From Nitrospinales bacterium (GTDB taxonomy: Bacteria > Nitrospinota > Nitrospinia > Nitrospinales > VA-1): 64,000 nucleotides of DNA. Below, piece after piece: positions 26,925 through 37,398 of this stretch. The stretch lies in assembly GCA_965223795.1 (NCBI GenBank), contig CBDCXL010000002.1, forward strand, positions 2,496,001 to 2,560,000, given 5' to 3'. Each line of letters begins with the position of its first letter. Position 1 is the stretch's first letter. Under the pieces are notes generated by a model. The model was not told the DNA's origin, searched no databases, and saw only the letters and a list, made by a program, of their open reading frames with translations. The position numbers and the translations under genes were made by a program.

Positions 26925-28712
26925 TTAACGGAGATGGCTCCTGCCGTGGTCGCCGGGGTTGTCGAGGTCGAACACCTTGCCTTCGATATTGACGGCCACC
27001 AGCTTTTTGATGCCGATGCGGTTGGCGATGGCCTTCACATCCGCGTAGCCGTTGCCGGAAATGTTGTTGTAGGGGATCACGCCCATGGAGAACGAGCGTT
27101 TTTTCAGGTGATTCATCAACTCCGGCGGAAAGGTGCGGTTGTTGAAATGGGTGTTTTCGTACAGCAGCACTTCGCCGACGCCGGGCATTTGCCGCAGCTC
27201 CTGCTCGACCACGGGCTGGGCCAGGGTGGTGATCCGGTTTCTGGCGAACTGGTTGCGGATCGAGCCCACCACGTCCTGCATCTGCTTCATGCGGGTGCTG
27301 CGGAACACCAGGATGTCGTCCTCCGAATTGAGGTCGATGGCCTTGAAATTGTCCTTCGCGGTTTTGGAGTAGCGCTTGTTGAACGCGGTTTCATACAGCG
27401 TCTCCGCCTCGCGGAAATTTTTCATCACCTGCTCGGCGGGGTATTCGGGACGGTCCACGACGCAGTGGTTGCCGCCGTCGAAGTGTTTCCAGTCTACGTC
27501 GCGCAGGTGTCCCTGGGCCTTCATGTGGTTGAAGAACGGGGTTCCGGGCTGCGGCGTGCTGATGGAAAGCTGGAAGCGCCACAACAGGTCGCGGTCGATC
27601 AGTTCGCGGATGAGGTCGAGGGTTTTTTTGTCGCAGCCGTCGGTGGAGCCTTCGCCGCCGAAGGTGAAGGTGCCGTAGAACTTGAGCCCGATGTCCGTGC
27701 CGTACTGCATGAGCTGCTTGAGGCGCGGCACGTTGAATTTTTTCATCAGCTCCATGCCGCGCGCCGCATGCTCGCCGGCGGTTTCGATGCCCAGCCGCAC
27801 CATGTAGTAGCCGGCGCTCTTCATGGCGTCGAGCACTTCCTCGTCCATCGGCCACTGGCCGCACATGACGTCGTACTTGAGGTCGTCGAGGCCGTTTTCG
27901 CGAAAGGCTTTCGTCAATTCGAGGATGTATTTCTTGCTGCCGTTGTGCACTTCCTCGTCGAAGAAAATGCCTTCGAGCTGCGGGTATTTGGCGCGCAGAT
28001 TGTGCAGTTCGGCGACCACGTTCATCGGGTCGCGCGGCCGCCAGTTGGGGCGGGCGTAGGAGATGTTGCCGCACACGCAGAAGGTGCAGGAGAGCGGGCA
28101 TCCGCGCGAGGCGTAGGCCTGGATCTCCAGGTATTCGCTGGACGGCTCGCCGGGCATGCCGTAGTCGAGGCGGGACACGTCGTCGTCCTCGGGGAAGGGC
28201 AGGTCGTTCACATCGAGCGGTGGGCGTAGATTTGTGTTGGGATACAGCCCCTGAATGCCGCCGAGGTCTTTGCCCTGCAGAATATCCCGCACCACCAGTT
28301 CGTATTCGCGCAGGACGACGTGGTCCGCGTACTGGCTGACTTCCTCCGGAAAGGTGGTGGGGTGGGGGCCGCAGAAAATGAGCCGGGTGCCGAAGCGGCG
28401 CTTGATCTCCACCGCGAAGCGCTTGTCCGCCTCGATGGTGCGGGTGGCGCAGTCCATGATGAGATAATCGGGGCCGAATTCGGAGACTTTGTCCACGAAG
28501 GCCTGGTGATCCAGCTTGTCGAGGCAGCCGTCAAAAAACCGCACTTCGTGATCGGTGTCCCGCTTGAGCATGGACGAGCAGTAGGCGAGCTGCCAGGGGT
28601 AGTAGGTGAAAATGTTGAGATCCTTCGTGCTGTTGGTCCACCGGCTGGGCGAGTGGATCATGGCATAGCCGTCGGCGTCGATGCCGACCGAATTGCACAC
28701 GGCGACTTTCAT
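26925..28712 (-). CDS. Cobalamin-binding radical SAM protein with C-terminal GT9-like domain, paralogue of 24527-26293
   Basis: YYPWQLAY, FCGPHP, ASRGCPLSCTFC, FFDEEVHN, RLGIET, STPQPGT. Confidence 0.9.
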   Translation of the reverse strand: MKVAVCNSVGIDADGYAMIHSPSRWTNSTKDLNIFTYYPWQLAYCSSMLKRDTDHEVRFFDGCLDKLDHQAFVDKVSEFGPDYLIMDCATRTIEADKRFAVEIKRRFGTRLIFCGPHPTTFPEEVSQYADHVVLREYELVVRDILQGKDLGGIQGLYPNTNLRPPLDVNDLPFPEDDDVSRLDYGMPGEPSSEYLEIQAYASRGCPLSCTFCVCGNISYARPNWRPRDPMNVVAELHNLRAKYPQLEGIFFDEEVHNGSKKYILELTKAFRENGLDDLKYDVMCGQWPMDEEVLDAMKSAGYYMVRLGIETAGEHAARGMELMKKFNVPRLKQLMQYGTDIGLKFYGTFTFGGEGSTDGCDKKTLDLIRELIDRDLLWRFQLSISTPQPGTPFFNHMKAQGHLRDVDWKHFDGGNHCVVDRPEYPAEQVMKNFREAETLYETAFNKRYSKTAKDNFKAIDLNSEDDILVFRSTRMKQMQDVVGSIRNQFARNRITTLAQPVVEQELRQMPGVGEVLLYENTHFNNRTFPPELMNHLKKRSFSMGVIPYNNISGNGYADVKAIANRIGIKKLVAVNIEGKVFDLDNPGDHGRSHLR

Positions 28713-28988
28713 CCAAATCCTCTATCAAAGCGGGGCGTCCACTGCTTTGCAGGCGCGTCCCGGAGTGGGGGTTGAGGCTTGTCCGCTGGGGTCGTAAAAA
28801 CTCAAAAAAACCCAAGTTTCCTAGCGGAATATTTCATTTAAAACTTTAATGATCTGATACGCGCTGTGCGGTGTTCCCGGCGGCCGGGATTCGTCTTGAC
28901 ATCGATCCGGCGTCTTGCAAAGATATCCGGTTTGAGCCCGGCGCCGGTTCCCGGCCGGTACGGGCGCATATTCAGTGAAGGCAACGCG

Positions 28989-29927
28989 ATGACGGAAACG
29001 GAAAAAAAGAAATCGGGTTTCTTCTCCCGGCTCAAGGCGGGGCTCTCCAAGACCCGCGACACGCTGGCCGGCGGCATCGACAACCTGGTGCACGGCAAGG
29101 CCGAGGTGGGGCCGCAAATGCTCGACGACCTGGAGGAGGTGCTGATCACCGCCGACGTGGGCGTCGCCACATCGCAGCACATTCTGGAAACGCTGAAAAA
29201 GGAAGTGGCGAACGAGCACATCCGCGAGCCCAGGCAGATGGTGGAACACCTGAAACGGGTGATGGTCCGCATTCTGGAAGAGAGCGCGAAACCGGATTCG
29301 GCGGAGGCGGAAAAACCCAGGGTGATGCTGATCATCGGCGTCAACGGTTCGGGAAAGACCACCACCATCGGCAAGCTGGCGCGGCGCTGGAAGGAAGAGG
29401 GCCAGCAGGTGATCCTGGCGGCGGCGGACACGTTCCGGGCGGCGGCCATCGAGCAGATGCTGGTGTGGGCGGAGCGGGCGGGGGTCACCTGCATCCATCA
29501 GAAAGCGGGCGCGGACCCCTCAGCGGTGGCGTTCGATGCGGTTTCGGCGGGCGTGGCCCGCAAGGCGGACGTGGTGCTCATCGACACGGCAGGGCGGCTG
29601 CAGACCAACACGAACCTGATGGAAGAGCTGAAGAAGATCAAGCGCGTCGCGGGCAAGGTGCTGCCGGGCGCGCCGCACGAGACCCTGCTCATTCTCGATG
29701 CGAGCATCGGCCAGAACAGCGTGTCGCAGGCCCGCCTGTTCCACGAAGCGCTGGAAATCGACGGCCTGGTGATGACGAAGCTGGACGGGACGAGCAAGGG
29801 CGGGGTGCTGTTCAACATCTCACGGGAGCTGGGGCTTCCCGTGCGCTACATCGGGGTCGGGGAAAAAGCGGAAGACCTGCAACTGTTCAACGCGGAGGAT
29901 TTCGTCGCGGCCCTGTTCGCCAAATGA
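28989..29927 (+). CDS. ftsY: Signal recognition particle receptor FtsY
   Basis: GVNGSGKTTTIGKLA, DTFRAAA, DTAGRLQ, TKLDGTSKGG, IGVGE; ATG at 28989. Confidence 0.97.
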   Translation: MTETEKKKSGFFSRLKAGLSKTRDTLAGGIDNLVHGKAEVGPQMLDDLEEVLITADVGVATSQHILETLKKEVANEHIREPRQMVEHLKRVMVRILEESAKPDSAEAEKPRVMLIIGVNGSGKTTTIGKLARRWKEEGQQVILAAADTFRAAAIEQMLVWAERAGVTCIHQKAGADPSAVAFDAVSAGVARKADVVLIDTAGRLQTNTNLMEELKKIKRVAGKVLPGAPHETLLILDASIGQNSVSQARLFHEALEIDGLVMTKLDGTSKGGVLFNISRELGLPVRYIGVGEKAEDLQLFNAEDFVAALFAK

Positions 29928-29985
29928 TCCGGACCGCTCAACAGCGGCTGGACTTTCTTTCCTGCCCTGCGGACTGATCCAAACC

Positions 29986-30492
29986 TCATTCCTCTTCCTC
30001 GACGGTTTCGCTGCCTTTTAGCTGGTCGAACTGGGTCTTGATGATGTAGCGGTGGATGAATTCGCGGTTTTTCTCATCCATGCGGTCGGTGAACTTGAGA
30101 TGCAGGACCGTGGACTTCGGCAGCGCCCGGGCGCCCTGGCTGATGAGCGTCGATTCCATCTTGAGGATCACCGGTTCGGGCAGCGGCAGGATGAAAAGCG
30201 CGGTCACGACCTCGCCTTCGCTGATTTCCATCGGTTCCTGGATACGGCCGCACAGTCCGCTGGCGCTGAGATCGATGAGAGCCATGTTGACCACGGTGCC
30301 GTCCTTGAGCCAGAGCGCGGCTTCGATGGCGTCGCCTTCCTCCACCTTCAAGCGGAAAAAATCCCGCCTGTCCTGAAACCGGCTGGAATCCTTCAACCCG
30401 TCGCGGTTCCAGGGAAAGATCTTCTGGATCCAGCGGTGGACGGTTTTGCCCCCGGACTCCACCGGGATTTTTGCCTGCAGTCTGCTGATCAT
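29986..30492 (-). CDS. PilZ-domain c-di-GMP receptor
   Basis: DRRDFFRL (RxxxR) and IDLSASG (D/NxSxxG). Confidence 0.85.
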   Translation of the reverse strand: MISRLQAKIPVESGGKTVHRWIQKIFPWNRDGLKDSSRFQDRRDFFRLKVEEGDAIEAALWLKDGTVVNMALIDLSASGLCGRIQEPMEISEGEVVTALFILPLPEPVILKMESTLISQGARALPKSTVLHLKFTDRMDEKNREFIHRYIIKTQFDQLKGSETVEEEE

Positions 30493-30607
30493 GAGTGTCC
30501 CCTTGCGGTCTTGGTGTCGGATCGGGATAGCGGCCCGATTATCAGATCGATTCCCGAATTTTCGTTAAGACGCTGATTTTTTGACGCTTGCCGCTCTATG
30601 GAGAAAA

Positions 30608-30624
30608 AGCAAGTTGTGTGCCAG
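30608..30624 (-). promoter_or_regulatory. Sigma-54 promoter upstream of the PilZ gene
   Basis: Minus strand CTGGCACACAACTTGCT, matching TGGCAC-N5-TTGC(A/T). Confidence 0.8.
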
Positions 30625-30778
30625 AAAATCCCGAAAAGGCCGGCCGCCGGGCCGCTTGAAAAATGCCGGTTTCGCACAGGGGGCGTTTGAGGGGGGAACG
30701 AAAGGTTGGAAATTTTTGCCCACGGGGCAAGAAATTCCCCGCATCCGTGGGTTGTCCACACCGCGCGGGGGGCTTGTT

Positions 30779-31141
30779 TCAACGCATGGCTTCTTCGATG
30801 CGGGCCAGCAGATCCTGAAAATTCGGCGGTTTGCGGAAGTAGTCGAACACTCCCATGTCCTTGGCCTCCTGGGCCGCGGGCGAGTTGGATTCCAGCACCG
30901 AGAGGATGATCACTTTGGTTTTGGGGTGGTTGATGCGGATCCAGCGGAGAAAGTCCATGCCGTTCACTTCCGGGAGCACCACGTCCACCAGCGCCAGTTT
31001 GGGCTTTTCCTTGGATGCGGCCGCCATCGCTTCATGGCCGTTGTTGGCGGTGACCACCGAATATCCCTGCGCTTCCAGCAGGCGCAGCAGGATGTTCTGC
31101 GAGGCGGGATCGTCTTCCACGATCAGAATGCGTTCCTCCAT
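30779..31141 (-). CDS. Single-domain response regulator (receiver only)
   Basis: ILIVEDD, LVDVVLPEVNG, IILS, YFRKP; probable ATG at 31141. Confidence 0.92.
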   Translation of the reverse strand: MEERILIVEDDPASQNILLRLLEAQGYSVVTANNGHEAMAAASKEKPKLALVDVVLPEVNGMDFLRWIRINHPKTKVIILSVLESNSPAAQEAKDMGVFDYFRKPPNFQDLLARIEEAMR

Positions 31142-31306
31142 GGTTCGCTCCCTGGGGTTCACCGGGTCCGGCGAACGGTTCTTAAAGGCGGTTTTCCCTG
31201 CGGAACCGGGGAGAAATCGTTTGGGATTTCACGCTTTTTTGCTGGTGAATGAAAAATTCCGGCTGGCAGGAGGTGGTTGAGGGACGCCTGTTCACTCTGG
31301 AAATGA

Positions 31307-31377
<71 letters not shown>

Positions 31378-31407
31378 CCGCAAACAGATATTAACTGAAA
31401 GAAAAAA

Positions 31408-31482
<75 letters not shown>

Positions 31483-31566
31483 CTGCTGTCTTTTTCGGAC
31501 TGATCCAATGGGACTGATCTTCGTGGAATCATTATATTTCCTCGGCCAGTTTTGTCAAATCAATTT

Positions 31567-32151
31567 CTATTTTTTCAGAAACCGGGCTTCGGTTCCCTGC
31601 AGGATTCTCTGGATGTTCTCGTGGTGCTTGCCGAGCACGATGAGGGCGACGATCACGGAAACGCTGATATAAGCGGCGGGAACGTTGAAAACGATCCCGA
31701 AAACCGGCAGAAACAGGGCGGCGACGATGGAACCGGCGGACACGTAGCCGGTGAGCCATAGCGTGACCGCGAACACCGCCATGCAGCACAGGGTGGCCGC
31801 GGGCATCAGGTAGAGAAACACGCCCAGGCCGGTGGCGACGCCTTTGCCGCCTTTGAATTTGAGAAACACGGAAAAAACATGCCCGAGAAAGGCCATCAAT
31901 CCCGAAACGGCGGTCTGCATGGGGTGGTCGAGCAGGTTGTCGGCGATGAACACGGCGAGCACCCCTTTAAAAAGATCGCCGATGAGGGTGAGCAGGCCGA
32001 GCTTTTTTCCCAGCACACGGGCGGCGTTGGTGGCGCCGATGTTGCCGCTGCCGTGGTCGCGCAGATCGATCCTGCGGGTGCGCGCCACGAGCACGCCGAA
32101 GGGGATGCATCCCAGGAAATAGGACACCGTCCAGACCAGTGCTGTTTCCAT
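31567..32151 (-). CDS. plsY: Glycerol-3-phosphate acyltransferase PlsY
   Basis: GSGNIGATNAAR, GHVFSVFLKFKGGKGVAT, KHHENIQRILQGTE. Confidence 0.96.
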   Translation of the reverse strand: METALVWTVSYFLGCIPFGVLVARTRRIDLRDHGSGNIGATNAARVLGKKLGLLTLIGDLFKGVLAVFIADNLLDHPMQTAVSGLMAFLGHVFSVFLKFKGGKGVATGLGVFLYLMPAATLCCMAVFAVTLWLTGYVSAGSIVAALFLPVFGIVFNVPAAYISVSVIVALIVLGKHHENIQRILQGTEARFLKK

Positions 32152-32181
32152 TTCAGTTCCCGTTTGGGCGGTTTTTGAGGA

Positions 32182-33075
32182 TCAACTGAGGTGGTCTCCC
32201 AGAGCGACGCTGGCGGATTTGATCCTGAGTTTCGCTTTGGCCCGTTTTTCGATCTGCCGCACCCGCTCGCGGGACAGGCCGATCTCCTTGCCGATTTCCT
32301 CGAGCGTCTGCGGCGGACCGCCGAACCCGAAGCGTTTTCTTAAGATCATCTCCTCCCTGCGGCTGAGCCCCTTGAGCAGGGTTTCCACCTTGTCGCGCAG
32401 CCCGGCCTGCATGATCTGGTCGTCGTAGGGGATGGTGTTGGGATTCTCCAAAAGCTCGATGTACGGGGTGGTCTCGTCGCTGCGCAGAGGCGCGTCCAGG
32501 GAAACGTGGGTGCGGTAGGCCTGCATGATCTCGTTGATCTCGGTCTCTTTAAAGCCCATTCCGGCGGCCAGTTCCTTTTGCGTGGGTTCCCGTTCCAGAA
32601 CCTGCATGAGGTCGTGCCGCTTTTTGCCGATCTGGTACACCTTGCCGACCTGCTTGACCGGCAGCTTGACGGTGCCGGACTGTTCGGCCAGAGAATGCAG
32701 GATCGCCTGGCGGATCCACCACACCGCGTAGGTGATGAATTTGACGTGGCGGGAGGCGTCGAAACGCTTGGCCGCCTGGATCAGGCCGATGTTTCCTTCC
32801 TCGATGAGATCCTGCAGGGACAGGCCGCAGCCTTTGTATTTGTTGGCGACGGTGACGACGAATTTGAGGTTGCGCCGCACCAGCTCCTGCAGCGCGCCGG
32901 TGTCGCCCTTGTTGATGCGCAGCGCCAGCACCCCTTCCTCCTCGCGGGACAGGGGCTGGATTTTGCTGATCTCCTGCAGGTACTGGGTCAGCGGTTCCGG
33001 ATGCTCGCGCCGGGAATCTGTGGGTCTGGCCTGGGATTCGGTGCGGGATTTCCGGGTGTTGTGTTTGGTGGCCAT
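32182..33075 (-). CDS. RpoD/RpoS-like sigma-70 factor lacking region 1.1
   Basis: YLQEISKIQPLSREEE, NLKFVVTVA, DLIEEGNIGL, KFITYAVWWIRQAI, TLEEIG...LSRERVRQIE; probable ATG at 33075. Confidence 0.93.
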   Translation of the reverse strand: MATKHNTRKSRTESQARPTDSRREHPEPLTQYLQEISKIQPLSREEEGVLALRINKGDTGALQELVRRNLKFVVTVANKYKGCGLSLQDLIEEGNIGLIQAAKRFDASRHVKFITYAVWWIRQAILHSLAEQSGTVKLPVKQVGKVYQIGKKRHDLMQVLEREPTQKELAAGMGFKETEINEIMQAYRTHVSLDAPLRSDETTPYIELLENPNTIPYDDQIMQAGLRDKVETLLKGLSRREEMILRKRFGFGGPPQTLEEIGKEIGLSRERVRQIEKRAKAKLRIKSASVALGDHLS

Positions 33076-33094
33076 AGGTTCAAACAGCGCGCTG

Positions 33095-33859
33095 TCAACG
33101 CAGATCACGCAGGCGGTCGCGCGCCTCCTTTGCAAAAAGGCTTCTTGGATATTTGTCCAGAAGTTCCATGTAGGTGTCTTTGGCTTTCTTGAAATTCTCT
33201 TCGTTGTAATAGGACTCGGCGATCAGGAAGATGGCTTCATCGATGAACTGCTGATCGGGATAGGCTTCCATGGCGCGGCGCAGTCTCTGGATGGCGGACT
33301 GATAAGCGCCGGTGCGAAAATAAAACTTGCCGATTTCAAACACGTTTTCCGCCAGAACGTTCAGGCATTCTTGTCTTTTTTCCACGCCTTTGGCGTGGTA
33401 CTGGCTGTTGGGAAAATTATGGATGAAATGTTCGAACCCTTCCAGCGCCGCCTTGGTGTGGGTCTGGTCGCGGGTGGAGATCTCCATCATCTTGAAATCG
33501 GACATGGCCTTGAAGTAATGGGCGCGGTCCACGTGCTTGTTGGCGGGATACAGCTCGATGAAGCGTTTGTAGTGAAACTTGGACTCTTCGTATTCTTCGT
33601 CCCGGTAGTGGGTGTCGGCCAGGAAAATCAGCGCGGCGACGCGTTCCCGGCTGTCCGGGTAATCTTCCAGGATCTGCTGGAACAGTTGTTTGGCTTCGAT
33701 GTAATCGTTGACCTTGACCTGCTGGATGCCCCGTTTCAGCAATTCGTCGGGAGGCAGGACCACCTTTTCCTCTGTGGACGTGCAGCCGGTGAAAAGGATT
33801 AAAACCCAAAGCAGGATGGGCAGCCGGACGCGAAACTCGGGAAAAACGGATTTGAGCAT
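33095..33859 (-). CDS. bamD: Outer membrane assembly lipoprotein BamD
   Basis: Lipobox FTGC, YKRFIELYP, RDQTHT, FPNSQY, EIGKFYFR. Confidence 0.9.
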   Translation of the reverse strand: MLKSVFPEFRVRLPILLWVLILFTGCTSTEEKVVLPPDELLKRGIQQVKVNDYIEAKQLFQQILEDYPDSRERVAALIFLADTHYRDEEYEESKFHYKRFIELYPANKHVDRAHYFKAMSDFKMMEISTRDQTHTKAALEGFEHFIHNFPNSQYHAKGVEKRQECLNVLAENVFEIGKFYFRTGAYQSAIQRLRRAMEAYPDQQFIDEAIFLIAESYYNEENFKKAKDTYMELLDKYPRSLFAKEARDRLRDLR

Positions 33860-34066
33860 GATTTAGAATGACCCATGAAACGATATTCAAGTAATATATA
33901 ATATTGTGGCTTATTTTTAAAGGGTTTAAAAGAGGCGTGGACAGGGTTGCCGCTTGCGAACATCGAATTTTTCGTGATATAACAGCAAAAGTGCCTTTCT
34001 ATTCGACCTCTCTGTTTTAAACTTTGTGCTGGCCTCCATAATTCTTAATTTTTTCCAGACCAAAAC

Positions 34067-34858
34067 ATGAACGTTGCGATGAAAATTCTTGCCCTGTTTC
34101 CGGCAAGCTGGCTGTTCGCGCTTGCGGCTCCGGCGTTTGCGGCGGCGCCGCCTCCACCGGTGGACACCGGCTGGAAACTGCTCGCCATCATCGAAAAGGG
34201 CGGGATCATGATGTATCCCATCCTTTTCTGCTCCATCCTGATCGTCGGCATCGGCATCGAGCGGGCCTACAACCTGAGACGCAAAAACATCATCAACACC
34301 GAATTTTTGAAAAACGTCCGCAACCACTGGAACTGGAAGGACGTCCAGCTCGGCCTGCAGATGTGCAGCGCCTACGACAACGCGCTGGCGCGCATTCTCA
34401 AGACCGGTCTCCTGCGCGTCGGCGGCAAGCTCGATGAGATCGAGCGCGCCATCGAGGGGGCGGGCCAGCACGAAGCGTCGCTGATGAACTCCAATCTGCG
34501 CGTGCTGGGGGCGGTGGCCAACATCACCCCCATGATGGGACTTCTGGGTACGGTGTTCGGGATGATCAAGGCGTTCAACGTCATCTCGCAGAGCGGCACC
34601 GGAAACCCCGGCCTGGTGGCGAGCGGCATCTCCGAAGCGCTGATCACCACCGCCGCGGGCATGGTGGTGGGCATTCCGGCGCTGGCGCTGTACCATTACT
34701 TTCGCGGCAAGATCGACCGCTACGTGTTCGAGATGGAAGAGATCTCGTTTCAGCTGGTGGAAGAGCTTTCCTACGAAGCGGTGCGCGAGAAAAAAGGCAA
34801 GGAGCCGGAGCCGCCGCCTTCGAAAAAATCACGCAAAGGCGTCCGCGCCGCTCTGTGA
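34067..34858 (+). CDS. exbB: MotA/TolQ/ExbB proton channel
   Basis: GGIMMYPI, PMMGLLGTVFGMIKAF, GISEALITTAAG. Confidence 0.9.
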   Translation: MNVAMKILALFPASWLFALAAPAFAAAPPPPVDTGWKLLAIIEKGGIMMYPILFCSILIVGIGIERAYNLRRKNIINTEFLKNVRNHWNWKDVQLGLQMCSAYDNALARILKTGLLRVGGKLDEIERAIEGAGQHEASLMNSNLRVLGAVANITPMMGLLGTVFGMIKAFNVISQSGTGNPGLVASGISEALITTAAGMVVGIPALALYHYFRGKIDRYVFEMEEISFQLVEELSYEAVREKKGKEPEPPPSKKSRKGVRAAL

Positions 34859-34890
34859 CGCCGGGCGTTTCCCCTCTGGAATAAACAGCC

Positions 34891-35289
34891 ATGCGTTTTC
34901 GAAAAGAAGAAGAGGAAAACTTCGGTCTGGACATGACACCCATGATCGACGTGGTGTTTCTGCTTCTGATCTTCTTCATGGTGTCCACGGTGTTCGTGGA
35001 TTTCAACCGGCGCATGGACCTCACGCTGCCTTCCTCCAAATCCTCGATTCAGGACGAGACGCCCAAGAGCATCGAAATCGAGATGACCACCGACAAGCAG
35101 CTGTTCTTCAACAGCAAGAAAACCTCCCTCGCCGAGCTGGAGGCGATTCTGCAGAAGTCGGGCAAGGACAACGAAAAGCGCACGGCGATCATCCGCGCCG
35201 ACAAGAGCCTGCCTTACGGCGACGTGATCCGTGTGATGGGCGTGATCCAGGGCACGGGCATCACCGACATCAGCGTTGCTGTGAAGTGA
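34891..35289 (+). CDS. exbD: ExbD/TolR protein
   Basis: DMTPMIDVVFLLLIFFMV, IRADKSLPYGDV. Confidence 0.92.
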   Translation: MRFRKEEEENFGLDMTPMIDVVFLLLIFFMVSTVFVDFNRRMDLTLPSSKSSIQDETPKSIEIEMTTDKQLFFNSKKTSLAELEAILQKSGKDNEKRTAIIRADKSLPYGDVIRVMGVIQGTGITDISVAVK

Positions 35290-35334
35290 TGGAACGATTT
35301 CGCGGCCGCTTTCAGCGGTGATCCGGGCGTGGCG

Positions 35335-35628
35335 TCACTTGACGATGGACGGCTTGTTGTGGCGGTTTAAAATCCACTCGTTGAGCATGCGGATTTCTTC
35401 CTGCTTGAGAAACGCCATCACCGCGCCGGCATCGGGGTGGTCCTCATCGTTGACGACGACGCAGTAATTGCGTTCGACGTACGCGGCGACGTGGGCCTTG
35501 AACTGGGGAAAGTGGAACAGTTCCGAGAACACGTCCGCGTGGTAGGACGGGTCGGGGTTTTTGGGATCGAATTTGGCGAGCCTGGAATTGAGCTTGTTTT
35601 TGAAATCCGCTTTCAGCAGCATGCCCAT
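35335..35628 (-). CDS. Hypothetical protein (97 aa)
   Basis: GAGGGA RBS, genome-typical codon usage. Confidence 0.7.
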   Translation of the reverse strand: MGMLLKADFKNKLNSRLAKFDPKNPDPSYHADVFSELFHFPQFKAHVAAYVERNYCVVVNDEDHPDAGAVMAFLKQEEIRMLNEWILNRHNKPSIVK

Positions 35629-35893
35629 AGCTGGTCCCTCTTTGAATGAAATTCAATGGGACCTTCATTTTACCGCTGCCGGTTTTTTCTGAAAAATAAA
35701 AAAACGGACCTCACCCGCGATTTCCCGGTCACGGGGGCGCTTCCTATTGTAACTTGTTGAATAATGGGCTTATATTTCATTTCAGCTCGGTGTGGATCAA
35801 CAAAATCTGTTACAATAAATACGCCCTGAACGATGAGCCCGGCCGCGTCCCACGGTCAACGGCCGGACCCACGCACCGCGGAGACAATCCATC

Positions 35894-37207
35894 ATGAACA
35901 CGGACAAGGACACGAACACTACGGTGAGCCGCGCGCTTCTCGAATTCATCGACCGGGCGCCGACGCCGTTTCACGCGGTGGCGGAGACCGCGGCGCTGCT
36001 CGAAAAGGACAATTTCACGGCGCTCAACGAAGAGGACGCCTGGGACCTCAAGCCGGGGGCGAAGCACTACGTCACGCGCAACGGTTCCTCGCTGGTGGCG
36101 TTCGTGGTGGGCATGGAGACCGCGGCCACGGCGGGGTTTCGGATCATCGGCGCGCACACGGACAGCCCCAACCTCAGGCTCAAGCCCAACCCGGTGTACC
36201 AGAATGGCGGCTACGTGCAGCTTGGCGTCGAGGTGTACGGCGGCGTGCTGCTCGCCACCTGGACGGACCGGGACCTTTCGCTCGCGGGCAGGGCGATCCT
36301 GCGCCGGGGCGCCGGGACGCAGGCCAGGCTGGTGAAATTCGACGAGCCGCTGCTGCGCGTGCCGCAGCTGGCCATCCATCTCAACCGCGAGGTCAACACA
36401 AAGGGACTCATCCTCAACAAGCAGACGCACCTGCCGCCGATCTTCACGTTGTCCGAAGGGCGCAAGAATCCGGAAGCGGCGCTCACGGAGCTGATCGCGG
36501 ACAAGCTGGGCTGCGCCGCCAAGGACATTCTGGGGCTGGAGCTGATGCTGCACGATGTGCAGAAAAGCAGTCTCGCCGGACCGGCTGAGGAGTTCGTGTT
36601 CGCGCCCCGGCTCGACAACCTGGCCTCCTGCCACGCCGCCACCTGCGCGCTGCTGGATGCGCCGGCGAAGACGCCCGCCACGCGGGTGCTGGCGTTTTAC
36701 GATCACGAAGAGGTGGGCAGCGAAACCGCCCAGGGCGGCGGCTCGCCGTTTCTCAAAAACATCCTCGAACGGCTGACGGCGGACGCGGACAAGCCGCGCG
36801 AGGCGTTCATGCGTGCGATGGCCCGTTCGGTCTTCATTTCGGCGGACATGGCGCACGCGGTGCACCCCAACTACGCCGACCAGCACGACGCCCAGCACAT
36901 GCCGGTGATCAACCGCGGCCCGGTGATCAAGAGCAACGCCGGGCAGAAGTACGCGACGGAAGGGATGTCGAGCGCCGCGTTCGAGATCCTGTGCGAGCGC
37001 GCGGGCGTGCCGGTGCAGAAATTCGTGGTGCGCTCGGACCTCGCCTGCGGCAGCACCATCGGCCCCATCACCGCCGCCAACCTCGGCATTCAGACCGTGG
37101 ATGTGGGCAACCCCATGCTGTCCATGCACTCGATCCGCGAGATGGCGGGCTCCGCCGACCACGCGCACCTCATCCGCGCCTTCCTGGAATTCTTCAAGCC
37201 GGAATAG
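35894..37207 (+). CDS. apeB: M18 family aspartyl aminopeptidase
   Basis: GAHTDSP, EVYGG, WTDRDL, RLDNL, DHEEVGS, SADMAHAVHPNY, CGSTIGP, LSMHSIRE. Confidence 0.93.
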   Translation: MNTDKDTNTTVSRALLEFIDRAPTPFHAVAETAALLEKDNFTALNEEDAWDLKPGAKHYVTRNGSSLVAFVVGMETAATAGFRIIGAHTDSPNLRLKPNPVYQNGGYVQLGVEVYGGVLLATWTDRDLSLAGRAILRRGAGTQARLVKFDEPLLRVPQLAIHLNREVNTKGLILNKQTHLPPIFTLSEGRKNPEAALTELIADKLGCAAKDILGLELMLHDVQKSSLAGPAEEFVFAPRLDNLASCHAATCALLDAPAKTPATRVLAFYDHEEVGSETAQGGGSPFLKNILERLTADADKPREAFMRAMARSVFISADMAHAVHPNYADQHDAQHMPVINRGPVIKSNAGQKYATEGMSSAAFEILCERAGVPVQKFVVRSDLACGSTIGPITAANLGIQTVDVGNPMLSMHSIREMAGSADHAHLIRAFLEFFKPE

Positions 37208-37252
37208 AACGCACGGTTCCCGCCGCAGCGCAGATCCTCAAAGAAAAAATCA

Positions 37253-37305
37253 TCTCGCGCAAAGACGCGAAGACGCAAAGAAAAGCATTGGACAGGATTG
37301 ACAGA
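37253..37305 (+). repeat. Dispersed short repeats TCTCGCGCAAAGACGCGAAGACGCAAAG and GACAGGATTGACAG
   Basis: Related copies at 49895-49922, 50112-50139, 49830-49846 and 49994-50011. Confidence 0.75.
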
Positions 37306-37398
37306 AGAAGGAGTTTTTGGGAACTCCTTGGAATTATCTGTGATTCTTGATTTTACAATCTAGCCGATTTTCTTAATTCATGTGCTTGTTTACAGGAA

